A stretch of 58,282 nt of DNA, the filler included, from Sphacelaria rigidula (lineage: Eukaryota): assembly GCA_964200075.2 (NCBI GenBank). It is 5 parts of 5 records of this genome, joined end to end, with 100 filler letters (N's around TTAATTAATTAA, not from the genome) between each part and the next. Parts side by side here need not be neighbours in the genome. Positions count along the whole stretch, not along the records: positions 35,032 to 46,607 come from CAXNAA020004758.1; positions 46,708 to 58,282 come from CAXNAA020004759.1; 3 more parts are not named here. One strand, written 5' to 3'. Below the pieces are notes generated by a model. The model saw only the letters and a list, made by a program, of their open reading frames with translations. It did not search any database and was not told the DNA's origin. Every line of letters starts with the position of its first letter. The stretch's first letter is position 1. Positions 35,124 to 48,632 of this stretch are shown piece by piece. The translations under genes and the position numbers were made by a program.

Positions 35124-35434
35124 GGGGGATGTGCTTATGACCTTGCATGCCGTAATCATGACACCATTGACTTCGTACCCCTACAAAGCCGGGACGAAGC
35201 ACGCCGGGTTTCCGCCGGACCAGGCTCGTAATCAATCACCAAGCGCGAGGCACCGTGGTGTATCCGGAGAGTCGCATGAAGGGTGAGCTGGATCCTGCTA
35301 AGATTGTTCGGTCCGAAGCGTACTGATCATCTTGCATATGGATGACAACCTCCAATGAGCTGCCTCATTTTTCGGTATCGCCACTTCCAGAGACAGCCAC
35401 AGGTTACACACTGCTTCATGGATGTCTCACCATG
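35124..35434 (-). mobile_element. oligo(C)-ended element, family A, about 310 bp
   Basis: Homologous to 30270-30581; abuts a 60-bp G/GA-rich tract at 35068-35128. Confidence 0.85.
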
Positions 35435-36929
35435 TAAACACTACGTGATACGATCACCCCTTCGCGCCGAGTCCGCATTCTCTACCCCGCACAATACTAT
35501 TTAGCTCGACCAGTATTAAAAAAAAAAAACGCAACCTCTCCTTTTTCGTTCAACAAGATCGGCTAGTTCTTTCTGCGCTTTGATTTTACCGACATTTTTA
35601 ATTCATTTTTTTTTCTTCTTTTCTTCACGTCTTATAGCCTACTCTGTCGCTCTGTTCGACTTTTTCTGTTCCTTTGTTTCCCTTCAGCGAGTATTTCAGT
35701 CTTGTTTCTCTTGGGTACGTGTATCATGAGACCACGGCTGGATCATGACTCCTGGGGGGTCAGTTGAAGTGCTGCAATCACTCAATCAATCCACCGGAGC
35801 AAAAACGGAGAGGGAGGGGAGGGGAGGGACTTCAACAAACCGCGCCTGGGAGACATGACACCAACTCGGCAAACTTCACCCTACAGTTGCACCCTATCCC
35901 AAAAACACGGGGAGACGAGAGGACCTCAAGCGCATATTCATATCTGCGTGGACTGCTCAACCCTTACACCGCGAGGGTAGTCCATCCGGATCATTCATAC
36001 TTTTTCAAGGCCGTGACCCATGAGGATCCCGTTGACGGATTTTGTTCTCGTGAATCGGCATTATTTTGACTTGAAAATGACTGAAAAAGATGGGGCGATT
36101 AAAAAAAAAAACGCCAACGGGTTCCAGAAGGGTTAACTTCTGGTGTGCACACGGTATGTTTGTTTTGTTTTCTTTTGTCGCTGGCCGTTGATTACGTGCA
36201 CCTTGCGGTTCATCCGAGATATTGCTTGTTGAAATCTCCCCCTGTTCGCTCGAGTTACGTCTGTTCATGTATCCGCTCGTACCAACAGTGTTCCCCCGCA
36301 AAATAAAACACGTTTTTTTTACAGTGCTTACGTAACGGTAGTAGAGGTCGATGACATGAGCTGCGGATGAGTGAGTTTTGATTGATTGATTAATTATCAC
36401 ACTCCTTTAACTAATCCTTCAGGGGATCCCGGCGTGGTCATATGATACACGGACCCGACAAAAACAAACAAAACATAACAAGTCGCTCAAGAAGAGTGAA
36501 GAAAGCAGGGGAAAATATAACTCTGTAGGTACACACGAGTCACACGAAGAAATTTTGCAGGTTTCATCGCGGTATACTCCCAAGGGGTAAGAGCACAACA
36601 CAACCCACGAGTTGTGACTGCGGTGTGCTCAGACGCTGTCAAGCCAAAAAAATTTCAGACCTTCGGGTGACTGACAACAACAAACCTACGTCACTGAAAA
36701 AGGGGTTGAAGAACCAACATGACTCCACAACTAACCTTCCGTCTCACCATTATACTTGTGCAGACTCGACATCGTTTTTTTGTGGAGACCTCGATACCAA
36801 CGAACCATTTTTCCTACTGTAGCTGCCTCCATCATTTCGCAGGTAGAACAAAACACCGCACAAAAAAACACAAACACATCGCTCTATTTCACCACAAAAC
36901 AATATGAGAACCAAAGCGAACCTACGCAA

Positions 36930-37001
36930 GAAAACAGAAAAAAAAAAAAAAAATGGAAAAAAAAAAAAAATAGCAAAAAACAACGAAAAAAAAAAGAGGA
37001 G

Positions 37002-37073
<72 letters not shown>

Positions 37074-37095
37074 GACGAAAAAACAACACCGGAAA
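36930..37095. repeat. poly(A)-rich tract
   Basis: Long A homopolymer (about 37003-37072) with degenerate A-rich flanks. Confidence 0.9.
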
Positions 37096-37232
37096 AAAGA
37101 TGAAATTCTAAATAAACAAAATATATTGTTGTGGCAAATACATGAACAAAACGAGAGAATTAAAAAAAAAAAAACGAGAATGAAAAAAGGCAAAAAATGC
37201 AAAACAAACCAGAACGAGGAATCTTAATCTTA

Positions 37233-37663
37233 CCCTAGATGACAACGCTGCCGCGGCGACTGCTGCTACCCCATCCATTTCCTCGTCGGTTACGGAGCTG
37301 TGAGGGCTTCGAGGGGATGGTTCGTGGGGGAGATTGCCGTGAGTCCGTCCGGGTGCGGCGACGGTGGAGAACGGGGGTGGACTATTGGAATGTCTCCTGA
37401 CGATTATCCCTCTGTCTTGATCCCGGCTTCCTGAAAAACAAACGGTATTACGTGCGACACCGTTAAAATGTTGTTGTTGTTGTGGTTTGGTTGTTGTTGC
37501 TGCTGTCATTACATTGAAAAAAGCGTTCCGATGTCTGCGCAGTACACTCCGTATTGGACATTTTAATGCAAACGCCTTCTGCGGTCACAGGCAAGCAAAC
37601 TACCCAAAAATAATGTGCATGAATATAAAAAATGGAATCGTAACATCAACAATAATATATTTG

Positions 37664-37704
<41 letters not shown>

Positions 37705-40700
37705 TGAACGGAAATATATGTTATATATAAAATCACTCCGACTGACAAATCAAGACAAACAGGATCATCAAAAACCTATCCCTTTAACATTTTGATACTG
37801 TTCCGAAAGGACACCCGTTTACGATCGCGATCATACTGTTGTACCAGCACTGCTTGACGAGGATTTACTTCACTATCTCCAGTACTTGTAAGCGATACAG
37901 CACCGATAACGTCTGCACCACAACAGTACATGCAGCACCCGCCCGCTCATGAGAAGCTGATCACCGGTCTCACCCCAAGGTTTCTTACTCGATGCAAGGG
38001 TTGATCATGCCCTACCAGTTGCAACTTCATGTTTTGTAGGGTATACCAGAAAGTGTGAGTGGGGTGGGGGGTGGGGGGTGTACTAAACCATATCGGGTCG
38101 GCTTACTAAACCATACCGAAACTTGTATCGAACATCCCGGTACACGCAGCCCAGACACGTGGAATGGCGCAAAAGTTGCGTGCATACCCCTTGGACCAGC
38201 GGTCAACTTTTTTTCTCCCTGTTGAGTAATCAGGCCGAAGAAATCGTGGATTCGTGGACTCGGTGATTCGTAGCCGTGATGATTCTCCGAACCGTGAAAT
38301 CTCAGCGGTACCATTTCCCACCAGCTGAATTATATGGTTTAATCCAGCGGTACCTTTTTTCACTGGATGGGTCACATGCACAAAACTGACTTTACTCATG
38401 ATATGATCCATCTTGGCGTACTGTATTGGATTTAGAGTAGCGGTTGACACCAAGGCTGAACACTCTCTCACTTTTCTGGAATCTCAGCTTGGCTTTCTTA
38501 CACAACCACGTCCCTCACTAGCAGGCCCCCGCTGCAGACAAGTCAGTCTACATAAATAAACCCTACAGGAAGTCAGTCAATGCTGATTCTGCGTATGGTA
38601 CTGTTCTTTTGTTTTCCAAGAGAGCAACACAACAACCATAAAAAATACTATACATATATAGACTATACACAAGTACAAATTTCAAGAGAGGGGGATGGGG
38701 AAAAAAAAACCCGAAGAAGTGAGTTTAGAACAAAAAAAATGATTCACGAGATTAATTCATTGCTTCATGACGCATATTTTTAGGCTTCCGACAAAAACAG
38801 ACATGAAACGATTACACACATCCAAACCGCCGATCAACGAAGAACCACCCACTCTCCCCAAGATTGATCACCTAAATACGCGAGGGAACGGGAAATCCTA
38901 AGGCTAGCGATAACAAACGCGTCCCGATGGTCCCAGCGATACGCCAATAGCTGGATGAGGCATAAGGTTGGAAGATCCGAATCCCCGATAGTCTGTTCAT
39001 CCTTTCGGAACCCATGGACAATTTTTGTCCTCGTGAATCGGCATCATTTTGGCTTGAACGCATCATTTTCAGTCGTTTTCAAGTCAAAATGATGCCGATT
39101 CACGAAAACAAAAATCGTTCATGGGTCCCAAAAGGGGTAATGCACAATCTGACCTCCGTCGTAGACAACGTGAGGACGTAGCGTGAGTAGCGAAATGAAA
39201 CATGACGGACGTTCAATGACGGGGTGCAGTAGTGTTGATCCAATCGTCGTAGACAACGCGAAAACGTACTGTGAGTAGCGAAATAAAGCATGACGGACGG
39301 TCAATGACGGGGTGCGGAAGTGCTGGTCCGATTCACGAAGAAATAATATCAGGTCAGTACAGTCAGTACCGAGGGAAGAGAAAATCATTTATCCCCTGAC
39401 ACCACCGCAGATCCGTCCCGAGGAGGTATTGGGGATGTACTCGTGATCTTGCGAGGGGTTGGGGGGTTAGGGGGGGGGGCGTACTCATTTGTTGCTTGTC
39501 TTAGTCGTTTGACCATTGACCACGCATCCCGTTCGGGACGGAGCACCGTTCCTACCCCTAATGGAGTCACCTCCAACATTCCGGCGCTCAGTACGTTTCT
39601 TCCATACATTATACACAAAAACCTTTTCTCATCCCGTCCTTTTTCGCCGTCTGTGGCCACCATCTATTTATCTTCCAGTATAGCCATCGTTTTCTCCATG
39701 CATCAAACGATTCCATGCCATTTTCGTTCACGTCCCGCATTTCCTTCCCCCCTCTATCATGGCACGTCCCGTTCCTCCTTGTATAGTACACATTCTGCCA
39801 CTATATGTGAGGGGGTAGGGGGGGAGAAAAACACCACGTGGTGATGGCACCGTACTCTGCTTCAACTGTGCAGTGGGCATCCCACTGCGGCGGTCGTCTA
39901 CAGTGCCAGATATCCCCACAGTACGGTAAAAAATCACCCCCTTGTCGCAAATTCGATCCGCTACACTAATATCACGTGACCGCGCGACACCAGTGCAGCC
40001 TCAAGGGTCCCGGCACACTGGAGCCACGCCGGGCTGACCACCCTACGGCAGCATGCTGGGACCTCGGAAAACAAACACACTACGAATGCTCCAAGAGTCG
40101 GGCGAATCATCGCTCGTTCGACCCACCAATCGCACGATTCCCCAGACCTGATTTGCTCGAAAGGGAGAAGTAGAAGCCCCCCTCCCCCTCGGATCGAAAA
40201 GGTCTCGACGCAATTTTTGCGCTATTCCACGTGCCTGGGGCGCGCGTACCTAAGGGGTGCAGTGCAACGCTGAAAGCAAAGCCTAACGATTGATCCGTAC
40301 AGTACGAATCATTGCACTAGAAGCTAGTACTGTTCAGACGACGGACCCTTGAAGTACCAAGTGAGAATTTTACCCTCATGTTTCTCACCTGTAGTGATGC
40401 CGCCTCCGCCGCCGGTGTCCGTATCGGCTGAGAGCTTGTTGTGCGAGGCGGGCTCGCCAGCCCAAGATGCAGACGAGGTCGTCCAAGGCCAACTGGAACT
40501 GGAGACAGTACTCGTACCATCAACACTTCGGAAAGCTGCCTGAGGATCCGAGCGTTGATGATGGTGGCGAGCGGTAGTAGTGCCGGCCGGGGCGTCCTGA
40601 TTTTATTGTTTCATTTTTCCCGTTCCCAGCGTGGAGGGTGTTAGACGCGTGGTTATTAAATGCGGCATCTTTGGTGGACGACGGTGTTCTTAGGTTACGT

Positions 40701-42709
40701 CGCAATGCATCACGTTTCATCGCACGGCGGTGAGTCGTTCATGTTTAGGTTATTTTCCTGTACGTGTGACAGTAAGGCTGGTCAGAGCGTCCTGGTTGTT
40801 GCATGTGTTTGTATTTTGGGGGGGGGTCGGGCGTCCGTGTTGAAAAGTGGCGTCTTCGGTGGATGTAGATATGGGTATATTATTATACGTTGCGCTACGT
40901 TACGATACGTGTGAGGCGCGCTCGACAAAGATGATGAGATACAGTAGTGCCGGTCAGCGCGCCCCTGCTTTTCCCCAGTGCCATGTTGCGGTAGGCATCG
41001 TAGAGAAGAGCTGTGTGTTCAGCGAGAAAATATGTCGCTACATTACGTTACGTTACGTTACGTTACGTGCGAAAGGCGCGCACGCGCGATCGCTCATTTC
41101 TCTCCTGGTCTACAGACTCTTCGACCGGTTCGTCGGGGGGGGAAATATATATATCAAAAACACCTTCAATCAAGAACGGTGCAACCAGCTTCACAGACGG
41201 ACAACACATGGCGTACAGCTGAATCAAGCAGGGTGCAACGAGCTTTACAGACAGAGAATACATGGCGTACAGCTAGCTACACACGGCATAGCACAGACAA
41301 CGCACACAGCGTATGGTACAGCAACATTACAGACAGTGAAAAACAAACAGCTGCAGCAGACTGTTGTACAGCAGTACGCCCATCCATACACAAACGGCAG
41401 CACTGTACAGTAGATGCAAGTACGGGGTAGGACAGTACAGTCAGTGCGTACATAGCCGTCGACAACAGACACAGTGCGCCGGTCATCGCTTCCTTCACCA
41501 AGTGAATGATGACAGGTAATGCGGGCTGGTGCCAACACGTCGGTGTAGAACCTGCCGCAGTTCTTTGTCATACACACATGACAACGATTTGGAAAAACAC
41601 TGCTTTTGTTGAGAAAGAAGTTTGCTGGGAAAAGACCATAACAAGGAGGAACCTTGAGAGTCTCAGCTTTCCTCGAGAAACGTTGTCGAGAAAGTATCGC
41701 TTGCCCACATCCTTTTCTTTCTTTTCGAAAACACGGTGTGTTGTCGTCCCATTTTATTCTGGACGCCGGTCTACACCTTTCGGTATATATGTGGGCACAC
41801 CAGCCGGGGTCACACAGGAGTTTTCTTTTTTTAATTTCTCCACCTTCCTCCTGCGGTGCTTGCCTTTATATATCGCGAAAGGGGTTCAGCACTCCCTTTC
41901 CCTCGTCGACCATCAAGTCGAATGTTGTGTACCCACGACATAGTTGCTCTTCGCTGTTGAACATGGTGTGATAAGAAAACTCAGATCGCTCCGAGATGCG
42001 AACCCACGACGCAACCGTCAGAAGGTTTCGGAGTTTCCAGCTGAACAACCGGGGCGACCCGCCGCCATAAACAGGCCTTATGATAGACGTGTAATACAAT
42101 CGTCGAGCGAAGCATGACTTACTCTGTTATTTATGCAATAAAAATACACTGCCATCGTATTCACATATATTTTTCATTTTCTGTTTCTTTCATCACCTCC
42201 TCTGGCGGAGGAGCAGAAGCCGAACGCTCCGAACGCTCCAAATGGTCTGCCTTGCTTCCGTGCCCCAAATTCCTCGAACTTCGCCCCCGCTTGATGACCG
42301 ACGACTTTGTCCCGCCGCCATTTCCCCCCCCAACCCCCCCCCCCGCCCCGATTCCACCGGACCCAACAGGGGGAGGCGAGCGCCCGAGAACCTTCCAGGC
42401 CTTGTTGCTAATGGGGATGTCATCGGAAACCATAATCCCGACCGTCGCCCCCCCCGTGGATGATGACGATGGGGGAGGAGCTTTTTCTAACCTGCCGCCC
42501 CAGCTGTCCATCCTCTTCTGCGCATCACCTGTCCCGACCGCTGAGCCGTCGCCAATTATTGCCCCGCCGTTACCGGGAGCCATTCTTTCCACTCCGCTGG
42601 CCGATCGGCGCAGGCGGTCTACCGCAGTTGTAGACAGCTCGCCAACCCCTCCGCCGCCAGTGTTGCTGTGCAGGTCTCCGTGTGATGATAAGGCCCCACC
42701 TCGAGATAC
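37233..42709 (-). CDS. internal exons of an unidentified low-complexity (Gly/Ser/Pro-rich) protein; candidate exons about 42709-42197, 40596-40389, 39898-39852, 37430-37233
   Basis: GC-rich open segments bounded by CAG/TAG acceptors and GTGA/GTAA donors; the first three are phase-compatible (...SAPPPEE-DAPAGTTT...GGGGITT-DDRRSG). No recognisable domain. Confidence 0.55.
37664..37703. repeat. (AAT)n microsatellite
   Basis: About 13 uninterrupted AAT units. Confidence 0.95.
39001..39136. repeat. small palindromic MITE (partial relative at 36015-36090)
   Basis: ACCCATG...TCGTGAATCGGCATCATTTTG.CTTGAA pairs with TTCAAGTCAAAATGATGCCGATTCACGA...CATGGGT. Confidence 0.8.
39157..39332. repeat. 88-bp tandem duplication
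   Basis: CGTCGTAGACAACG...GTGAGTAGCGAAAT...ATGACGGACG.TCAATGACGGGGTGC occurs twice. Confidence 0.85.
39431..39546 (-). mobile_element. adjacent family A stub (22 bp) and family B copy in one G-rich site
   Basis: GGGGATGTACTCGTGATCTTGC, then a G-run, then GCGTACTCATTTGTTGCTTG...GACGGAGCAC. Confidence 0.75.
41740..42058 (-). mobile_element. tRNA-derived SINE, full length, diverged
   Basis: Colinear with 25108-25445; reverse strand GTCGCCCCGGTTGTTCAGCTGG...GGGTTCGCATCTC. Confidence 0.85.
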
Positions 42710-43739
42710 CTGTTCGTCGTCGGTTGGTTGGTTGGGCTTTTGTACGTCGTTCTTCTCGAGGAGGCGGGAAAATGTCAGGCCACATACTTGTACAAGCACA
42801 CGTCATTATCTGTATTCGGATTGTTCGCTGGCTTCGGGAACGTACGGTAGCTGTGCCACCTCGGGGCTTGGTATGCCCTGGAGAAAACTTAGATGTGTAA
42901 AGGTGCAAGGAAATAACCCCCGAGTATCGTCCTACACACGGTTTTTGTACGTCAACGTATAGTAGTACTCCGTATATGATTTGACGAACACGCTAGCGGA
43001 CTTCTTCACACCCTGAACAAAATATGGTCAACTATTGCGACACACGAAAGATGTGCTGCATAACGACAATAGTAGCAATAGGCCTACACTTTATGTAGTC
43101 GACTCTTGTCTACTGTAGTGCAACTATTGACCATACACTGTCAAGGGTACAGTTATGGGTAGGAATCGGGACCCTAACGACCAAAAATCGGCACAAGATT
43201 TAAAATAAGAAATAAAGCGGAGGAATAATGAACACGTCAGTAGGTGGTCGGGCCTGTGCCGAGGCCCTCACAAACTGAACACACGCTTCATCACTCATCA
43301 AGTTGGTGGAGTATGGGAAAGCTGTAGCACTGGAGATCGCGCGGTTCTCGACACAGGAGGCAAGCCGGTCCACGGCACTTGACAGCACCCCGCATACACA
43401 CAAGATCTAGGGGACCTAGTTTGATATTTTGCTGGCGTCGCGTCAGCGGCACGAAAATCCCCTCCCAGAGCAGAAAGCACCTTATTTTAGTATATTTGGG
43501 TCATTTTCGAGTCAGCATCACGCGCAAACGCAAAAACCAAACTAGGCAACATAGCTTGGGTGTGTAGGAAGCGCACGCAAGAAACCGCAGTCCAATCCCC
43601 CGTTTCGTTACCGAGTTGTAAGCGTTACGCGATCGGCACTTTTGGGTTGAGGATCGGTAGCGTCTTTTGAGGTCGAATTTGGCAAATTAAAAAAAAAATC
43701 GATGCGCATACAGTACTCGTACTACTCTCCAACCTCCCG

Positions 43740-44310
43740 CAGGCAAGTTGTGACAATATGCACTTGGGTTGCGTGCCCCCAGGCGCTGCTTTGTTCTGAG
43801 CGGCTGTTGTGCACAAAGGGCAAATTAGCCTTTCAACGGCGAGTGTCCTTCGAAGTGTCGAATCACAGAGGGAGAGTTGACAGAAGAAAGACAACGCTGG
43901 CGGCTGCTTCATGTCAGTGCTCCAGTGCAGAACCCAAGGCGTCGAGAGCGATTTTAGTACGAGTTTGTGCGTTACATCTGCTGGTGACCGCGGTCATGTA
44001 TTTAGTAACTGTCTGTATATACTATTAATAGTATCAGAATGAGATGCAAACTATGCGATGTTCTACAAGCTTCGTTTTGGGCTCCGCCTTTTTTTCCCTG
44101 CGGCGAGCAGTGTGTGACGGATGGCATTTCACTTTATGGCATGCCACCAGGTGCTGCTTTGTTCTGTACGGCTGTGCACGAAGGGCAAAATCGCTATTCA
44201 ATAGCGAGTACCCTTCATGTATTGAGTTGCAGAGAGCGAGGTCACACATGAACTTCGGCTGTTGTGTCTGAGGGTTCCAGCGGAGAAGCCAAGGCGCGAA
44301 GAGTGATTGT
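43740..44310. repeat. degenerate direct duplication (about 210-bp units roughly 365 bp apart)
   Basis: CCAGG.GCTGCTTTGTTCTG..CGGCTG...GCAC.AAGGGCAAA...CCAAGGCG at about 43779 and 44146. Confidence 0.7.
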
Positions 44311-45281
44311 GATTTCAGGCTGCGCACAATGTATGCCTAGGTCGGCAGAGCCACGCTGTTTCAAGTGACTGCCTGTACACACTAAAGATAGGGAAAAATT
44401 GACAGTGAAGATGTTGCTCTGGATAGAGAGCACCAGACCGTGCCCAAGCGACTGAAAAGATGGGATTCCTTCCAATCATGCCATGACCCTGATTCTATGA
44501 GGCCCATGAGAATTCACTCTCCAATCCCGCAGTCATAGCTGTGTGTAGGACATGCAGGGCGTAGCCGATCCGCACAGCATGAACCTCTTGATCCGTCGAC
44601 ATCATGAGCATCGTTATCGGTAGTTTTTGGCTGCGCGACGCTGCTGCTCATGATCTCCGAATTTCCGTACTTTCTCGTTCTAGCACCATGTCAGGTACGC
44701 CTTTCACTGCAGTTTCGTTGGTGTATAGCGGCCCCAACAGCTGCTGTTCGTGCTCTTGTTTTTTTATCTTCGTAATGACGGTAAACGTGGGGTGGCAGCT
44801 CGCGGGCGTGTGCTTCCCGACTGGTACAGACAGAAGCAGGACACTAGCTAGTGCAACAAGATTGTCCATCTACTGACGTGGCGCGAGCTTTTCGGAGGAA
44901 CAAAATCACCTCAACACCGACCGCTCCCAGGCTTAAATAAATGTACTAGAAATATAGTTCATTTCTTATGAGCCAAATCGTCATTCGTAGGTGACGCGTG
45001 TATTTCCCATTGATATGATTCGTTGGATTACGAACCACTTCTGCCGCATGTAGCGTTCAGCTTGCATTTTCCATGAACATGGTACCCCAAATTGGCCCCC
45101 ATTCCTACCCATAACAGTAGGCACCTTTTAGGTGCGACATCTTCACAGACACTACAGTCAGGACGACACCACAATGAAATAAAATACACGGAACCGTTCC
45201 GAGCAAGGGAGGGGGAAAAACACGAAAAAAAAAAGGAGAAACAAGCTGCGTACATAAATATATATACAAAAACGAAAATAC

Positions 45282-45687
45282 CAGGGAGGGATACGTGACA
45301 CACGTTACACATTTGAAAAAAACGGGAAAAAGGTAACTTTGGGCCATTTACCGCTACGTAAGGTTTGATTTCTTGGACGGGACAAATGCAACGTGACGTG
45401 ATGTAACATTGTCTCTTGGTGTTTTCCAGATGTAAAAAAGGGTGTTGGTGTAAATTTTTAACGTCACACGTGATACGTTACATATTCACAAAAACAAGGA
45501 GAATTTTCGTCACACTTGGAAAGTAAAACGCAATGTTAGGGTTCACGCGAAGGACCACACGTTACATCACGTTACGTTAGATATGTCCCATCCAAAAAAT
45601 CAAATCTTACGTAGCGTTAAATGACCCAAAGTTACGTGTTTTCGAATGTGTCACGTTAAAATGTCACGTCTCACGTATCCCTCCCTG
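45282..45687. mobile_element. hAT-type MITE with 8-bp TSD GAAAATAC
   Basis: GAAAATAC-CAGGGAGGGATACGTGA ... TCACGTATCCCTCCCTG-GAAAATAC; long imperfect inverted arms. CAG termini with an 8-bp TSD are hAT hallmarks. Confidence 0.92.
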
Positions 45688-46607
45688 GAAAATACATCCC
45701 AAGGCTTGTTGTGACGGAGACGGGGCCGTTTTCCCGTCGTCTCAGAAAAACACGTGGCGGAAGTCCCGTCCCGTGCGATTCAAAGCAAGATATTGTCCCG
45801 TGACAAAAACCCTGGGTATGCATATCCATCACCCGCACCCCAACACGACGACCTTGGAAGAGGCAAAAGCTCATCACTTCTCGGGCCGAACCTCATGAGA
45901 GTAGGGGCGGCGCGTGCACTGCGCCATGCTCAACAGGGGGTTTCAGTGGGTTCAACTCCCACACTACCTCGAACAAAGCTTCCCAAACGCTCGAGGTGCC
46001 CTACCCCACATGGCCGCCACATGGCGGTCTAGCCGAGCGTCCGCGTAATCGGCCCACGAACCCCCACTCGCGGGGTAAGTGTTTGGGCGAAGTTTCCTCA
46101 CTTCAAGGGAAAAAAAAAAAACACTTGGCTTACCCTGCGAGATACAAAGCTGCCGAGTCCGTGCAACGGGCCCACCGACTTCTTCCTAGATTTCGTCCTC
46201 TCATCGTTGCTGCCTCCACCGATGCCCACGTACTTTCCTTGCCCGTTGGTCGTTACAGAGCCTGCAAGACGACGAAATAATAGAAAAACGAACAGGCAAG
46301 AAACGAATATTATTAACATTTTTTTTTTTTTTAGAAACAAGAAAAAGAAAAAAAACAAGCAACAAGAGGGAGAGAAAAAAAAGAGCTCGTGTCCAGTACG
46401 CTCGGTAAAAAACGCCTCATATCGGCGACACGCGCTTTTACTGAGCGTGGTCATTCCCAGCTGCTCGTTGTGCTCGGCTCTTTTCATTTCGATCCACGTG
46501 AATATTATATCTCCTCAACTCAGCCGGGTTTTTTTTTTTTGGGGGGGGGGGGCGATCGGAGAAAGTGTCAATCGATTCCCACCAGCGGCTCTTTGGGGGG
46601 TTCTTTT

Positions 46608-46707
46608 NNNNNNNNNNNNNNNNNNNNNNNNNNNNNNNNNNNNNNNNNNNNTTAATTAATTAANNNNNNNNNNNNNNNNNNNNNNNNNNNNNNNNNNNNN
46701 NNNNNNN
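46608..46707. other. artificial contig linker 4
   Basis: Identical 100-nt linker. Confidence 0.99.
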
Positions 46708-46922
46708 CATGCAAAAAATGACCGTCTGTGTACAGAACCGTTTCACAATCTGTGATACTGTACCGCCTGTGCCATGAAATGGTCCCCCCGATTTTGTCAC
46801 AAAAAATCGAGATTCGTTTGCCATAAGAGTGGGTCTAACTCCGAGAAACGGCGTGAGCAATTGGCGCTTTGTGCGTTAAAGTAAACAGATGTACGCGGAA
46901 CCGCCCCAATTACTTGATTATA

Positions 46923-47219
46923 GTCGCCCCGGTGGCTCAGTTGGTAACCTCAGAACCCTCTGACGGTTGAGTCGCGGGTTCAAATCTCGTAGCGATCATG
47001 TATTTTCTTCTCACACCATGCCCAACAGTGGAGAGCGACTATGTCGGGGGTACACACAATTCGACTTGACGGTTTACGAGGGAAAGGGACTGCTAAACCC
47101 TCTCGCGATGAAGAAAAAAGGCAAGCGCCGTAAAAACAGAAAATGAATTACGTGTTGACGCTCCTCCTGTCTGGCCCCGACTGGTGCGTCCAGAACAGAT
47201 GGTACGACAATACACACAG
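46923..47219 (+). mobile_element. tRNA-derived SINE
   Basis: GTCGCCCCGGTGGCTCAGTTGGTAA (A box)...GCGGGTTCAAATCTC (B box); body and CGTCCAGAA...GACAATACACAC tail match the other copies. Confidence 0.88.
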
Positions 47220-48632
47220 TAGCGTTACCAACGTTGTCCTTGTGCGCTTGAGCTTAAATCGACCGTTTGGGACCAAATTTTCGAGTTACGCAACGAAACT
47301 TTGTACAAACGTTCCCCGGACCACCCCAAGAGTAGTCACATTTGAATTTTTAAAATTGAAGCAATCTGTACCGACGTCTAGGTGCCTTCACGCTGGGACC
47401 CCCGGAATTCGGTAAGAGTGGATAAACTTTGCAATATCCTTCAATGTTTTTTCCCTCCATTCGTCGCACCCATATATACCAAGCTGCCAAGTTTGAGGGT
47501 GATCGGAGCTTTTATACGAAATTACAAGGAAAACGTCAAGCGGCCTTCTGGGTCTCCGATGCATTCGATGAGTGGAAATCGGACGACGCCAAAACCCCAC
47601 ATCACCGAAATACGACGTTTTGGGGTTTAACTCGATCTCACACAAATCGTTTTCAAATCCGTTGCTTGCGGTAGATTCCCTAGCTGATGACGGTTACTAC
47701 GTTTTTGTTTAGACGGAAAATCATTTTTTTGAATCTCAGAACAATTTGAAGGCCGCTGATTCGCCTAAAAACATTTCACAAATAGCGCCACGGCAAAGGA
47801 CGTGAAAAGAAAACTGGCTATGTCACACTGTTCGCTTGCTCGTGGGGAGCACTATGATACCGATTATGTTTCCATCGGGTCAGTTGTTCTGAAGCTTCAA
47901 CAGTGGGAAATAATTTGTGGGCCTTCGCCCTGAACCAGCCTTTAAGGTGAGAGGGTATATTCCGGGTCAGAGGACGAAGTGACGGTCACAACTATGGCAC
48001 CGAGGTTTGAAGTGCGATGGACATTCTGACCAATGCCCTGGTGTCCAAAAGTAACAGAACCCCACCTTGTTTCTTGTTTTGTGCTCGACAATTTTTTTTG
48101 ATTCAAGGACGACTTGGGGTATCCGCACACGAATCTTTAACAACCGAATCATACGTTAGTTTCGTACTCAGGAGTGTCGAGTCATCCTCGGGCGCGTTTG
48201 ACCTCCGTGCTCGAAACCGTTCGTGTGTGTGAAAGGTTTGTTGTCCTTTTGTTCGCAGAAACAGCGTGCCGTAGTCTTCTAGCGCTTTCTGGCGTCTAAA
48301 GCAGGCGTTCAGGACTGTACGTCAAACTTGATCCACACACCGCCTGGGTCTCTGGTGTGCAAGGATTTACGTGCAGATTCCAATAGTATCGCACAATCCG
48401 GCACCACACCAACTATTTTGTGCACAAAATCATACGTACTGAGGCTTGGCGGAATATTCATCGAGCAAGGCGACGTGTCATTAATCTATTGCCAAACGCA
48501 GGCATCAAAGAGGGTTGAGGTGTAACTTGAGCCCCCATTTCCCCCCTTTCGGGTTTGGGGAAACGTCGTGAGCTTCGTGACAAATTTTATACTTGCTGAA
48601 GACGACCCGTATTTGACATGTGTCCATGCCAG

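Noticed and set aside
36750-37227. Poly-Lys and poly-Phe ORFs
   Set aside because: Translation of a poly(A) tract.
42114-42962. 282-aa plus-strand Pro-rich ORF
   Set aside because: Mirror of the minus-strand exon, which has compatible splice sites.
46923-46995. Genuine tRNA gene
   Set aside because: A and B boxes are present but the acceptor and anticodon stems are unconvincing, and it is fused to a body shared with other copies, so it is a SINE head.
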